In this document: positions 52,115 to 61,504 of the stretch, in pieces | Numbering within the stretch: position 1 is the stretch's first letter | Layout: each line of letters begins with the position of its first letter | NCBI GenBank assembly: GCA_964249855.1 | Contig: CAXUDL010000027.1 | Location: 2,953 to 66,952, forward strand | Source: an uncultured Rhizobacter sp. | Lineage (GTDB): Bacteria; Pseudomonadota; Gammaproteobacteria; Burkholderiales; Burkholderiaceae_C | DNA length: 64,000 nt | Reading direction: 5' to 3' | Position numbers and translations under genes: made by a program | The notes under the pieces: generated by a model | The model's database searches: none | What the model saw: only the letters and a program-made list of their open reading frames with translations | Told to the model about the DNA's origin: nothing

Positions 52115-53252
52115 GCCGTGCCCGTCCCTCGGCGACGGATCGGATCAGCGCGGTCCAGCGCCCGAAATGCGCCTGCGGGCCGAAGTGCTCGCCGCTGCGC
52201 CGCCAGGCCGCCCGCCCCATCTGCCGGCGCAGCGCCGGGCGGCCGAGCAGCGTCGCGAGCGCACCGGCCAACGCCGGGATGTCGCCCGCCGGCACGACGA
52301 GGCCGGTGTCGGCGCCGACGATCTCGGCCGGCCCCGTCGGGCAGTCGAAGGCGACCGCCGGCAGCCCCATCGCCTGGGCTTCGAGCAGCACCAGCGGCAG
52401 GCCCTCGTAGCGCGACGGCAGCACGAAGACGGCGGCTTCGCGGTAGTGGCGCTCGATGTCGGGCGTCGGCATCCGCCACTCGACCGCGGCGCCGAGGCCG
52501 AGGCGCCGGCTCTCGGCGATCAGCGCCTCGCGGAGCGGCCCGTCGCCGACGACGCGCAGGCGCGCGGACGGGTGCAGCCGCAGCACCTGCTGCCACGCCG
52601 GCAGCAGCAGGTCGAAGCCCTTCTGCGCGACGCAGCGGCCGATGGCGAGCACCAGCGGCATCGGCTCCGGCACCGCCGTGTCGTCGTCGCGCGGAGCGGT
52701 GCTGCGAAGCGTCGACGCGTTCGCGATCACCTCGGTGCGCGGGTTGAGCGCCCGGAACTTCGGCGCGTCGGTCTCGGTCAGGCTGACGAGCGCCGCGACC
52801 TTCGGATAGAGCCGGGCGCGCAGCCAGCGCCACGGCGTCGAGCGGGCGTCGAAATGGTTGTGGTCGCAGCAGATCGCCCGCGCCGCGCAGCCGGGGCAGA
52901 GCAGCAGCACCGAGCAGGCGGTCGTCAGACCGTTCAGGACGACGACGTCCGGCCGCTCGGCGCGGATCAGCAGGCCGAGCGCACGGCCGGTGCGCCACTG
53001 GTTGCGCAGCAGGTGCCAGCGCCGCGCCGGGCCGGTCGGGTCCGAGGCCGCTGGATTCGACGGTCGCGCGGTGAGCAGGCGCACGCCGGGGTCCAGCGGG
53101 TAGGCCACGGCGCCCGCCGGTGTGTCGACGCTGCCGAGCGCGGTCGCGACGCCCTGCCCGGCCAGGTGGTTCGCCAGCGCGCAGGCGAAGCGCTCGACGC
53201 CGCCGGCCAGGTCGAGGCTCTGGCACAGCAGCAGGACGCGTGGCGCGGTCAT
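52107..53252 (-). CDS. glycosyltransferase family 4 (GT-B)
   Basis: RVLLLCQSLDLAGGVERF..., PSRYEGLPLVLLEAQAMGLPAVAFD (E-x7-E). Confidence 0.85.
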   Translation of the reverse strand: MTAPRVLLLCQSLDLAGGVERFACALANHLAGQGVATALGSVDTPAGAVAYPLDPGVRLLTARPSNPAASDPTGPARRWHLLRNQWRTGRALGLLIRAERPDVVVLNGLTTACSVLLLCPGCAARAICCDHNHFDARSTPWRWLRARLYPKVAALVSLTETDAPKFRALNPRTEVIANASTLRSTAPRDDDTAVPEPMPLVLAIGRCVAQKGFDLLLPAWQQVLRLHPSARLRVVGDGPLREALIAESRRLGLGAAVEWRMPTPDIERHYREAAVFVLPSRYEGLPLVLLEAQAMGLPAVAFDCPTGPAEIVGADTGLVVPAGDIPALAGALATLLGRPALRRQMGRAAWRRSGEHFGPQAHFGRWTALIRSVAEGRARHA

Positions 53253-53307
53253 CGGATGACCTTCGCGCTGCGCACGCCGGTCGTCGCGCTCGGGCGGCCC
53301 GTCGCGC

Positions 53308-54243
53308 TCATGCCGCCGCGTTCGCCGTCCGCCGGATCAGCGGCTCGACGTCGAGCCGCCGGTAGTCGGGCGCGGGCAGCTCGAAGCCGCTGGTCCGGAT
53401 CGCCCGCAGCCGTTCCCGGACCGATCGCGCGATGTCGATCAGCCCGAGCGCGGCGAGCCGCGCCGCGATCGCCTGGCGCGACCGCGGCGGTGGCGGCGCA
53501 GTGCCGGCCACCGGTGCCTGCCAGGCCTGCTCGGCGTAGTCCGACTGCTGCGGCGCCGGGAGCGGCCCGGCGGTCTCGCGGAGCTTCCGGGCCAGCACCA
53601 GCAGGTAGACCTCGTGGCTGTTGCGCAGGTTGACCCGCCGGCCCAGGTCCCGCGGATTGGCGACCTGCCACCAGCGGCTCGGATCGGCCTTCAGCGCGAC
53701 ATACAGCGCCTGCAGTTCGAAGCCGCGCTCCGGGCGGTAGAGGTTGAAGAACAGCTCCGGCGAGAACTGGTAGAAGCCGTGTCCCGCCAGATTGTTCGCC
53801 GGCAGCGCGTGCAGCAGATGGCCGCCCACGCGGCAGAGCTCGACGCAGTTGCGCCAGGCGACCGGGAAGTCGAAGACGTGCTCGAGGCAACCGAAATCGA
53901 GCACCGCGTCGAAGCGGCCGCGTTCGGCGGCGAGCGGGCCGTCGGCGGGCCAGGGCAGGTTCATGTCGTGGATCAGGCGCGCTTGCTCGTACGCCGAGGC
54001 GTCGACCGAATCGACCACCCGCGCACCGAACCACTGCTGCAGCATCGGCTCGAAATAGACCGGCGCGCCGACGACCGGCGGCAGCTCACGAAGCGGCGCG
54101 AGACCGCGCGCGGCCCGGTGCCGCGCCAGCATCCAGTCGTCGATGAAGACCGCCTGCCGGCCGATGCCGATGCTGGCGTCGAAGCGCACGCCGAGGTCGG
54201 CCGCATGCGCCATGAAATTGAGGTTGTGGATGTCGATGCCCAT
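53308..54243 (-). CDS. class I methyltransferase-fold protein (divergent SAM motif I)
   Basis: FDAVLDFGCLEHVFDFPVAWRNCVELCRVGGHLLHALPANNLAGHGFYQFSPELFF, a pattern I recognise from glycan-cluster methyltransferases. Motif I is atypical (VVDSVDAS). Confidence 0.6.
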   Translation of the reverse strand: MGIDIHNLNFMAHAADLGVRFDASIGIGRQAVFIDDWMLARHRAARGLAPLRELPPVVGAPVYFEPMLQQWFGARVVDSVDASAYEQARLIHDMNLPWPADGPLAAERGRFDAVLDFGCLEHVFDFPVAWRNCVELCRVGGHLLHALPANNLAGHGFYQFSPELFFNLYRPERGFELQALYVALKADPSRWWQVANPRDLGRRVNLRNSHEVYLLVLARKLRETAGPLPAPQQSDYAEQAWQAPVAGTAPPPPRSRQAIAARLAALGLIDIARSVRERLRAIRTSGFELPAPDYRRLDVEPLIRRTANAAA

Positions 54244-54253
54244 GACAGCGCGG

Positions 54254-55567
54254 TCAGGCCGGTCGCCGGCGACGGCGGGTGATGGCGATGCCGGCGACGG
54301 CGAGCACGATCACCAACAGCTCCACCGACAGCGACGTCCACGCCAGGCCGACGGCGCCCGAGGCGCCGCCGACGGTCGCCGCCGCGGCCGTGCCGACGAC
54401 ACCGCCGGCGACGACGCAGCCACGGTACGCGGTGTCGAAGCGGCCGCTGCCGAGCATCCAGTAGCCGATGAATTTCCAGCCGAGCAGCAGCGGCAGCAGG
54501 GCGCCGAGCACCGCCAGCACCGCCTGCAACCGCTGCGGGTCGAGGCCGGCGAAGCGCTCCGGCGCATGCAGCAGGGCGAGCGGCCAGCAGACCGCACCGA
54601 GCACCAGCAGGCCCGACCCGGCCACGAACCCCGCCGCCGCCCAGCGGCCGGCATAGCCGAGCGCGGCCCGGCCGCCCCGCGCGAAGCGCGCGACGATGCG
54701 TGGATAGACGACCGAGAAGAGCGGGTCGGCCGCGCCGAGCACGGCGCGCACCAGCCGGTCGGCCATGAAGTACACGCCCAGCTCGGCTTTGGGCAGCTGG
54801 CTCGAGGCGGCGGCAGGCAATGCGAACGAATAGGCGGCGCCGGCGATCGAGACCGGCAGCATGGTCCAGCCGAGCGCCAGGCCGGCGCGCAGCTGTGGCG
54901 GCGACCAGAGCCGCGGCCCCGCAGCCGGGTCCGCACTACCCGCCAGATCACGACGCAGCCAGCGCCAGCCGAGCACCGCCAGCGCGCTGCTCGACGCGAA
55001 CTGCAGCGCCACGAACGCCTCGACGCTGTGCGCCCAGGCCCAGCACAGCAGCAACAGCAGCGCCGACACGCCGAACTCGACCCGCGCCCACCGGCCGAGT
55101 TGCTCGCTCGCCTGCAGATACCAGGTGGCCGGCCAGCCAAGGGCGCACGCGAGCAGCGCGATCGCCACGGTGTCGACCAGCGGCCGGCCGCCGCCGGACT
55201 CGGCCCAGCGCACCGCGACCGCGGCCAGCAGCGCCGCGGGCGGGCAGAGCGCGCAGCGGGCGGTGAACACCTGCTGCGCGAGCTGCCATCGCCGCGCCGG
55301 GCCGGCAGCCACCGCGAGCCGGGTCGCGCTGGCGAGGAAACCGCCCTCCACCACCATTGCCAGCAGGCCGGCCCAGACGAGGATGAAGCTCAGCCGGCCG
55401 AAAGCCTCGGCGCCGACGCGCGACGCCATCATCGGCAGCACCAGCACCGGCAGCAGCAGGCGCAGCGCCGCGGCGGCGTAGATCGCCGGCAGCGCACCGG
55501 CCAGGCTGCCGGTGCCGGGCGGCAGCGCGCGGGCCGCGCCGCCGGCATCGCGCGGCGCTTTCATCAT
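54254..55567 (-). CDS. second Wzx-type flippase (MOP superfamily)
   Basis: 437 aa, at least 10 hydrophobic segments, N-terminal LLPVLVLPMMASRVGAEAFGRLSFILVWAGL typical of polysaccharide flippases. Confidence 0.7.
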   Translation of the reverse strand: MMKAPRDAGGAARALPPGTGSLAGALPAIYAAAALRLLLPVLVLPMMASRVGAEAFGRLSFILVWAGLLAMVVEGGFLASATRLAVAAGPARRWQLAQQVFTARCALCPPAALLAAVAVRWAESGGGRPLVDTVAIALLACALGWPATWYLQASEQLGRWARVEFGVSALLLLLCWAWAHSVEAFVALQFASSSALAVLGWRWLRRDLAGSADPAAGPRLWSPPQLRAGLALGWTMLPVSIAGAAYSFALPAAASSQLPKAELGVYFMADRLVRAVLGAADPLFSVVYPRIVARFARGGRAALGYAGRWAAAGFVAGSGLLVLGAVCWPLALLHAPERFAGLDPQRLQAVLAVLGALLPLLLGWKFIGYWMLGSGRFDTAYRGCVVAGGVVGTAAAATVGGASGAVGLAWTSLSVELLVIVLAVAGIAITRRRRRPA

Positions 55568-55573
55568 CCGCCG

Positions 55574-56329
55574 TCAGGCCTTGACGACCAGCCGGGCGGT
55601 GTAGTCGACCCGGTGCAGGAACACCGGCTCGGCGCTCGCCGCGAAGTGCTCGTCGACCGCCCGGCGCGCGCCGTCCCAGTGCCCGTAGTCGTCGACGATG
55701 AGGATGCCGTGGCGCGCGAGCCGCGGATAGAGGTGCTGCAATTCGTGCCGGGTCGACGCGTACCAGTCGGTGTCGAGCCGCAGCAGCGCGAGGGCACCGG
55801 CGGGCAGCGTCGCGGGGATCGTGTCCTCGACCTTGCCGACGACGAAGTGGATCCGCTCGCGCGGGTAGCCGGTCGACCACAGGTTGGCCTGCACGTCGTC
55901 GAGGCCGGCTTCGCACCAGACGACGTCGGTGCGCGCCGAGCGGGCGAGCCGCGCCGCGGCCGGTTCGCCGTCGATGGCGCTGCGGTCGGCATCGGTCGGC
56001 GCGCTCATGCCCTCGAACGTGTCGTAGAGCCAGAGGTGGCGCGAGGTGTCGCCGCGCGCCATCAGCGCGAGCGCCGCGGCCATCATGCTGCCGCCGCGCC
56101 AGACGCCGCATTCGACGATGTCGCCGGCGATGCGGTGGCGCACGACGTGGTCGATCGCGCCGATCAGGCCGGCCCGCCGGTCGAGACTGGTCATGGTGAA
56201 CGGCTCGACCCGGGCGACGATGGCGCGGTCGGCCGCGCTCAGGTCGGCGAGCGCCTGGGCCTCGCGGTCGGCGGGCGTCGTCAGCTCCAGGCCGCCGCGG
56301 GCGAGAGCGCTCTTGATCAGTTGCTTCAT
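55574..56329 (-). CDS. TylF/MycF-family (macrocin-type) sugar O-methyltransferase
   Basis: GDIVECGVWRGGSMM, LWLYDTFEGM, LLRLDTDWYASTRHELQHLYPRLARHGILIVDDYGHW. ATG at 56329. Confidence 0.85.
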   Translation of the reverse strand: MKQLIKSALARGGLELTTPADREAQALADLSAADRAIVARVEPFTMTSLDRRAGLIGAIDHVVRHRIAGDIVECGVWRGGSMMAAALALMARGDTSRHLWLYDTFEGMSAPTDADRSAIDGEPAAARLARSARTDVVWCEAGLDDVQANLWSTGYPRERIHFVVGKVEDTIPATLPAGALALLRLDTDWYASTRHELQHLYPRLARHGILIVDDYGHWDGARRAVDEHFAASAEPVFLHRVDYTARLVVKA

Positions 56330-56382
56330 GGAGGCCGGGAATGACAGGGTCCGCCTGCCGGCGACCGGGCGCGGCACGCCGG

Positions 56383-57564
56383 TCAACGGGGCCGGATTGT
56401 CTCACCCCGGTTCGCGCGCCTCGGCGCGCGGTAGACCGCGGCGGCTGCTGGCCAGATCGCCTCCCAGCTCGACTGCCGCTGGGCCGCGGCGAACGCCTTG
56501 TGCACGGCCTCGGGTGCCGCCTGCAGCCGGTCGAGGCAGGCCAGCACCGCGTCGGCGTCACGGCCCTGCAGCAGCAGATCGTCGAGCGCGAAGCGGCGGT
56601 GGAAAGCGCCGACATCGCCGACATCGCTGCTCGCGAAGACGCGGCCGGCGTGCAGCAGCGTGTAGAGCGCCCCGGACTGCGACGCCTCCCGGTACGGCAG
56701 CAGGAACAGCGCGTCGCGGGCGAGCAGGGCGCGGAGTCGGGCAGCGTCGAGAAAACGGTCGTGCACGTCGATCCCGAGGCCGATCAGTTCCCGGCGCAGC
56801 GGCGCCATCGCCTGCGCCCAGGCCCCGTGGACTTCCAGCCGCAGGCCGCGGCGCCGCACCTCCGCCGACCGCGCCAGCGCCGCGAACAGCTCGACGCCCT
56901 TGTACGGCTGCACGTTGCCCCAGAAGATCAACGCGGTCGGCGGCGCGGCCGGCGCGCGGTACGGCACCGGCGCCCGATCGGCCGTTGCCGGCGGCAGCAG
57001 CCCATGCGGCAGCACGCGCGACCGGGCGCGGAACCGGCGCTCGCCGTACCGCCGCAGGAAGTCGTCACGACTGAAGTCGCTGACGAAGACGAGCTCCCGG
57101 GCCAGCGCGGCGATCCAGCCGGTGGGCCGGTGGCGCACGCCTGCGAAGCCGTGCGGCACCGGGTTGTGGACGGTGAAGACGAGGCGCCGGCGCCAGCGGA
57201 GCAGGAACGGCAGTTCCAGCGGCCAGGCGGCGCTGAACTGCAGATTGATCGTGGCGTAACGGTGGCTGCGGCCATGGAGCCGGAGCAGCAGCCGCAAATA
57301 GGCGAGCGCGCCCCGGCCACGCGGCGCGACCGAGCCGGACACGTCGGCAAGATGCACGCTCGCGCCTGCCGTCGTGGCGAGCGACGCCAGCAGCTCGCCG
57401 TTGTAGCGGGTTCGCGAGGCGTAGACATCGACCGGGACACCGTGGCCCGCGAGCATCCGGATCAGTTCGGCGTCGTAGGGCAGCACGAAGGAGCCGCCAT
57501 CGAGGATCGCCACCGGCGCGGCGGGCTCGCCGAACGCCGCGCCCGCCGCCACCGTCGTCGTCAA
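56383..57564 (-). CDS. GT-B fold glycosyltransferase (GT4-like); start uncertain
   Basis: [21 protein letters not shown] and [20 protein letters not shown] resemble GT-B donors. TTG 57564 gives a TTGA overlap with the acetyltransferase stop. Confidence 0.65.
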   Translation of the reverse strand: MTTTVAAGAAFGEPAAPVAILDGGSFVLPYDAELIRMLAGHGVPVDVYASRTRYNGELLASLATTAGASVHLADVSGSVAPRGRGALAYLRLLLRLHGRSHRYATINLQFSAAWPLELPFLLRWRRRLVFTVHNPVPHGFAGVRHRPTGWIAALARELVFVSDFSRDDFLRRYGERRFRARSRVLPHGLLPPATADRAPVPYRAPAAPPTALIFWGNVQPYKGVELFAALARSAEVRRRGLRLEVHGAWAQAMAPLRRELIGLGIDVHDRFLDAARLRALLARDALFLLPYREASQSGALYTLLHAGRVFASSDVGDVGAFHRRFALDDLLLQGRDADAVLACLDRLQAAPEAVHKAFAAAQRQSSWEAIWPAAAAVYRAPRRANRGETIRPR

Positions 57565-58118
57565 TGCGCCAGCCAGAAGCGCCGCGCCAGCCGGTAGGCC
57601 GGCACGCCCTCGCGGGCACCGATGTCCTGCGCCGGGTTGCCGCCGACGATGCGGTAGGGCGCCACGCTCTTGGTGACGACCGCGCCTGCCATCACCACCG
57701 AGCCGGCGCCCAGATGCACGCCCGGCATCACCATCGCGCCGGCGAACAGCACCGCGAAGTCGTCGATGCGCACCGGCTGCGGCTTGTCCTCGAAGCCGCC
57801 GCCGTGGATCTCGTGGCCAAGGCTGTAGATGCGCACGTCGTGCGCGATCGAGACCTGCTGCCCGATCGTCAGGCCGCCGCGGTTGTCGAGATAGACGCCG
57901 CGGTTGATCAGCGTGCCCGCGCCGACGCGGAGCCGGCCGATGTGGAAGAAGCGGATGCCGCCCTGCAGCGTCGCGCTGCGGTCGACCGTGAAGCCGCAGA
58001 GCCGGTAGAGCGCGGGCCGCAGGCAGAACGGCAGCAGGCCGTGCACGCGGTTCATCAGTGCGAGACCGAGAAAATAGGCCTGCGCGGTGAACCGGGGGAA
58101 GCGCTGCTGCGGGGTCAT
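57561..58118 (-). CDS. left-handed beta-helix (hexapeptide-repeat) acyl/acetyltransferase
   Basis: 185 aa from ATG 58118; hexapeptide run [33 protein letters not shown]...[26 protein letters not shown]. The rest of the 732-aa track ORF is antisense to lysS. Confidence 0.85.
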   Translation of the reverse strand: MTPQQRFPRFTAQAYFLGLALMNRVHGLLPFCLRPALYRLCGFTVDRSATLQGGIRFFHIGRLRVGAGTLINRGVYLDNRGGLTIGQQVSIAHDVRIYSLGHEIHGGGFEDKPQPVRIDDFAVLFAGAMVMPGVHLGAGSVVMAGAVVTKSVAPYRIVGGNPAQDIGAREGVPAYRLARRFWLAH

Positions 58119-58211
58119 GAGCGGTCGGGACGCGGAATTGTCGCACCGCCGTCCAGTGGCGCCGGCCGCCCCAGAGCGGCTCCTAGAATGCCCGGCCAAC
58201 CCGACCTCACC

Positions 58212-59747
58212 ATGACCGAACCGAATCCGCCGCCGCCGGCCGCGCCGCTGCTGCCCGCCGACCGCCCTGCCCTCGACGAGAACAAGCTGATCGCCGAGCG
58301 GCGCGAAAAGCTCGCGGCGATCCGGCGCCAGGGCATCGCCTTTCCGAACGACTTCAAGCCGACCGAGCACGCCGCCGAGCTGCAGCGGCGGCACGGTGAA
58401 GACGACAACGCCGAGCTCGAACCGCGCGCCCTTCGCGTGTCGCTGGCCGGCCGCCTGATGCTCAAGCGGGTGATGGGCAAGGCGAGCTTCGCGACGTTGC
58501 AGGACGGCTCGGGCGCGATCCAGCTCTTCGTCGCCCGCGACGCCGTCGGCGACGACGCATACGCCGCGTTCAAGCACTGGGACCTGGGCGACATCCTCGG
58601 CGCCGAGGGCACGCTGTTCAAGACGCGGACCGGCGAGCTGTCGGTGCGCGCGACGTCGTTGCGGCTGCTCACCAAGAGCCTGCGCCCGCTGCCCGACAAG
58701 TTCCACGGCATGGCCGACCAGGAGCAGAAGTACCGCCAGCGCTACGTCGACCTCATCACCGACGCCGATGCCCGCGCGCGCTTCGCCGCGCGCAGCAAGA
58801 CGCTCGCGTCGATCCGCCAGTTCATGGTCGAGCACCATTTCATGGAGGTCGAGACGCCGATGCTGCACCCGATCCCGGGCGGTGCGAACGCCAGGCCCTT
58901 CGTCACGCACCACAACGCCCTCGATCAGCAGATGTTCCTGCGCATCGCGCCGGAGCTCTACCTGAAGCGCCTGATCGTCGGCGGCTTCGAGCGCGTTTTC
59001 GAGATCAACCGGAGCTTCCGCAACGAGGGCATCTCGGTGCGGCACAACCCCGAGTTCACGATGATGGAGTTCTACGCCGCCTACTGGACCCATCACGACC
59101 TGATGGACTACACCGAGGAGGTGCTGCGCCACGCGGCCAGGACCGCGACGGGCTCGGCGGCGATCGTCTACGCCGGCCGGCCGGTCGATCTCGACAAGCG
59201 CTTCGCGCGGATGACGGTGCGCGAAGCGCTCGTCGTCCACGCCGGCCTCTCGGACGCGGACGCCGGCGATGCCGCAGTGCTGCGCGCGAAGCTCGCCGCG
59301 CTCGGCGAACAGGCGCCCGCGCACTGGACGCTCGCCGAGCTGCAGTTCGGCCTCTTCGAAGCCGCGGTCGAGGCGCAGCTCTGGCAGCCGACCTTCATCG
59401 TCGACTATCCGGTCGAGGTGTCGCCGCTCGCCCGCGCGTCCGACGCCGACCCGTCGGTCACCGAGCGCTTCGAACTCTTCATCGCCGGCCGCGAGGTGGC
59501 CAACGGCTTCTCCGAGCTCAACGATCCCGAGGACCAGGCAGCGCGCTTCCAGGCCCAGGCGGCGAACAAGGAGGCAGGCGACGAGGAAGCGATGTACTAC
59601 GACGCCGACTACATCCGCGCGCTCGAATACGGCATGCCGCCGACGGGCGGTTGCGGCATCGGCATCGACCGGCTGGTGATGCTGATCACCGATTCGGCGA
59701 GCATCCGCGACGTCATCCTGTTCCCGTCGCTGCGCAAGGAAGGCTGA
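58212..59747 (+). CDS. lysS: lysine--tRNA ligase (class II)
   Basis: [19 protein letters not shown]..., OB-fold, class II motifs FRNEG and [13 protein letters not shown] at 58212. Confidence 0.95.
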   Translation: MTEPNPPPPAAPLLPADRPALDENKLIAERREKLAAIRRQGIAFPNDFKPTEHAAELQRRHGEDDNAELEPRALRVSLAGRLMLKRVMGKASFATLQDGSGAIQLFVARDAVGDDAYAAFKHWDLGDILGAEGTLFKTRTGELSVRATSLRLLTKSLRPLPDKFHGMADQEQKYRQRYVDLITDADARARFAARSKTLASIRQFMVEHHFMEVETPMLHPIPGGANARPFVTHHNALDQQMFLRIAPELYLKRLIVGGFERVFEINRSFRNEGISVRHNPEFTMMEFYAAYWTHHDLMDYTEEVLRHAARTATGSAAIVYAGRPVDLDKRFARMTVREALVVHAGLSDADAGDAAVLRAKLAALGEQAPAHWTLAELQFGLFEAAVEAQLWQPTFIVDYPVEVSPLARASDADPSVTERFELFIAGREVANGFSELNDPEDQAARFQAQAANKEAGDEEAMYYDADYIRALEYGMPPTGGCGIGIDRLVMLITDSASIRDVILFPSLRKEG

Positions 59748-61500
59748 GCCGCTCCGCACGGGTTTCGCGCTCGACGAGCCAGCAGCCGGCGGCCTCGGCT
59801 TCCATCGGCCGGGCGAAGAAGTAGCCCTGCGCCTTGTCGCAGCCGAGCCGCTCGAGCTCGTCGGCCTGCCCCGGCGTCTCGATGCCTTCGGCGACGGTGC
59901 TCATGCCGAGGCTGCGCGCGACCTTCACCGTCGCTTCGACGAGCACGCGGTGGTGCGCGCTCGACTCGAGCTGCGAGACGAACGAACGGTCGATCTTGAC
60001 GACGTCGACCGGCAGCTGGTGCAGGCTCGACAGCGACGAGTAGCCGGTGCCGAAATCGTCGAGCGCGATCGTCACGCCGAGCGCCTTGAGCTCGTGCAGC
60101 CGGGCGCGGACGTTCTCGTCGCGGCCGGCGAGACTCTCGGTCACTTCGAGCTGCAGGCGTGCCGCCGGCAGGCCGCTCGCGAGCAGCGCCTCGCGCACGA
60201 TGTCGATGAAACGACCGTCGCCGAGCTGCGCCTTCGACACGTTGACCGACACCGTCTTCGGCGCCGCCGACCCGAGCACGCGCTGCCAGCGGGCGAGCTG
60301 CGTGCAGGCCTGCGCGAGGACGAAGCTGCCGAGCGACACGATCAGCCCGGTCTCCTCGGCGATCTCGATGAAGTCGATCGGCGGCACGATGCCGCGCACG
60401 CGATGCCGCCAGCGCACGAGCGCCTCGACGCCGGCGCACGCCGCGCGGTCGCCGCCGAAGGCGAGGATCGGCTGGTAGACGACGAACAGCTCGCCGGCCG
60501 CGATGCCGTCGCGCAGTTCGCTCTCGATGCTGCCGCGGCGTGCGGCACGGTCCTTCATCGCCGGGTGGAAGCGGCTCCAGCCGGCGCCGCCCGCACGCTT
60601 GGCCTCGTGCATCGCGATGTTCGCGCTCTGCAGCACCTCCTCGGGGTCGCCGACCGCGGCATCGCCCTCGACGACGCCGAGGCTCGCCGTCAGGTGCACG
60701 ATGTGCTCGCCGATCACGTAGGGCTCGGCGAGCACGTCGACGATGCGCCGGGCGATCGCGGCGGCGGCGGCGGCGTCCGCGAGGTCGCGCACCACGAGCA
60801 CGAACGCATCGGCGCCGAGGCGGGCCGCGGCCGGTTCGCCGGGCGCCTCCTCGCCGAGCGGTGCGTGCGGCCGCAGCGCCGCGTTGAGGCGCCTGCCGAC
60901 CGCCCGCAGCAGTTCGTCGCCGACGGTCGGGCCGAGCGTCACGTTGACGCGGTCGAAGCGGTCGCAGTCGACGACGATGACGGCGAAGCGCTCGACGGCG
61001 TCGTCGCGGCGCGCGTCGAGCGCCGCGGCGATCCGCTCGATCGCGACCAGGCGATTCGGCAGGCGCGTCAATGGGTCCTGGCGCGACGCATCCTTCCGCG
61101 TCGAGCGGATCTGCGCACGTTCGCGTTCGACGAGCAGGCTGACGTCGTTGATGCTCGCGACGAGCGTCTCGGCGTCGAGCTTGAAGAGGCTGAGCGCCAG
61201 CGTCCGCAGCCCGACCGCGCCGCGCGATTCGGGCGCGCGCACTTCGAAGCGCAGGTCGTCGCAGACGATGCCGTCGGATGCCGCCGTCGCCGCCGCACGC
61301 TCGCGCAGGTCCGGGGCGACGGCCTCGAGCACCTCGAAGAGGTTGAGCAGGTCGCCATTGGGCACGAGCGGCATCAGGAGCTGCGCCGACATCGGGTTGA
61401 TCATGGCGATCTCGCCCGAGGCGTCGGTCTGCAGCAGCCCGATCGGCGCGCGGTAGAGGAAGCGAAGCAGCGCGTCGTGCGGCGACGGATCCATCGTCAT
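59713..61500 (-). CDS. PAS-like / degenerate GGDEF (GADAF) / EAL protein, probable c-di-GMP phosphodiesterase
   Basis: [24 protein letters not shown]...; DPLTRLPNR...DCDRFDRVN...[11 protein letters not shown] (GGDEF replaced by GADAF). EAL domain has an intact [37 protein letters not shown]. Confidence 0.88.
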   Translation of the reverse strand: MTMDPSPHDALLRFLYRAPIGLLQTDASGEIAMINPMSAQLLMPLVPNGDLLNLFEVLEAVAPDLRERAAATAASDGIVCDDLRFEVRAPESRGAVGLRTLALSLFKLDAETLVASINDVSLLVERERAQIRSTRKDASRQDPLTRLPNRLVAIERIAAALDARRDDAVERFAVIVVDCDRFDRVNVTLGPTVGDELLRAVGRRLNAALRPHAPLGEEAPGEPAAARLGADAFVLVVRDLADAAAAAAIARRIVDVLAEPYVIGEHIVHLTASLGVVEGDAAVGDPEEVLQSANIAMHEAKRAGGAGWSRFHPAMKDRAARRGSIESELRDGIAAGELFVVYQPILAFGGDRAACAGVEALVRWRHRVRGIVPPIDFIEIAEETGLIVSLGSFVLAQACTQLARWQRVLGSAAPKTVSVNVSKAQLGDGRFIDIVREALLASGLPAARLQLEVTESLAGRDENVRARLHELKALGVTIALDDFGTGYSSLSSLHQLPVDVVKIDRSFVSQLESSAHHRVLVEATVKVARSLGMSTVAEGIETPGQADELERLGCDKAQGYFFARPMEAEAAGCWLVERETRAERLSLPCAATGTG

Positions 61501-61504
61501 CGCC

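Noticed and set aside
57561-59759. 732-aa minus-strand ORF that looks like one large protein
   Set aside because: Only the C-terminal 185 aa (57561..58118, hexapeptide acetyltransferase) are credible. The upstream 540 aa are the antisense shadow of lysS.
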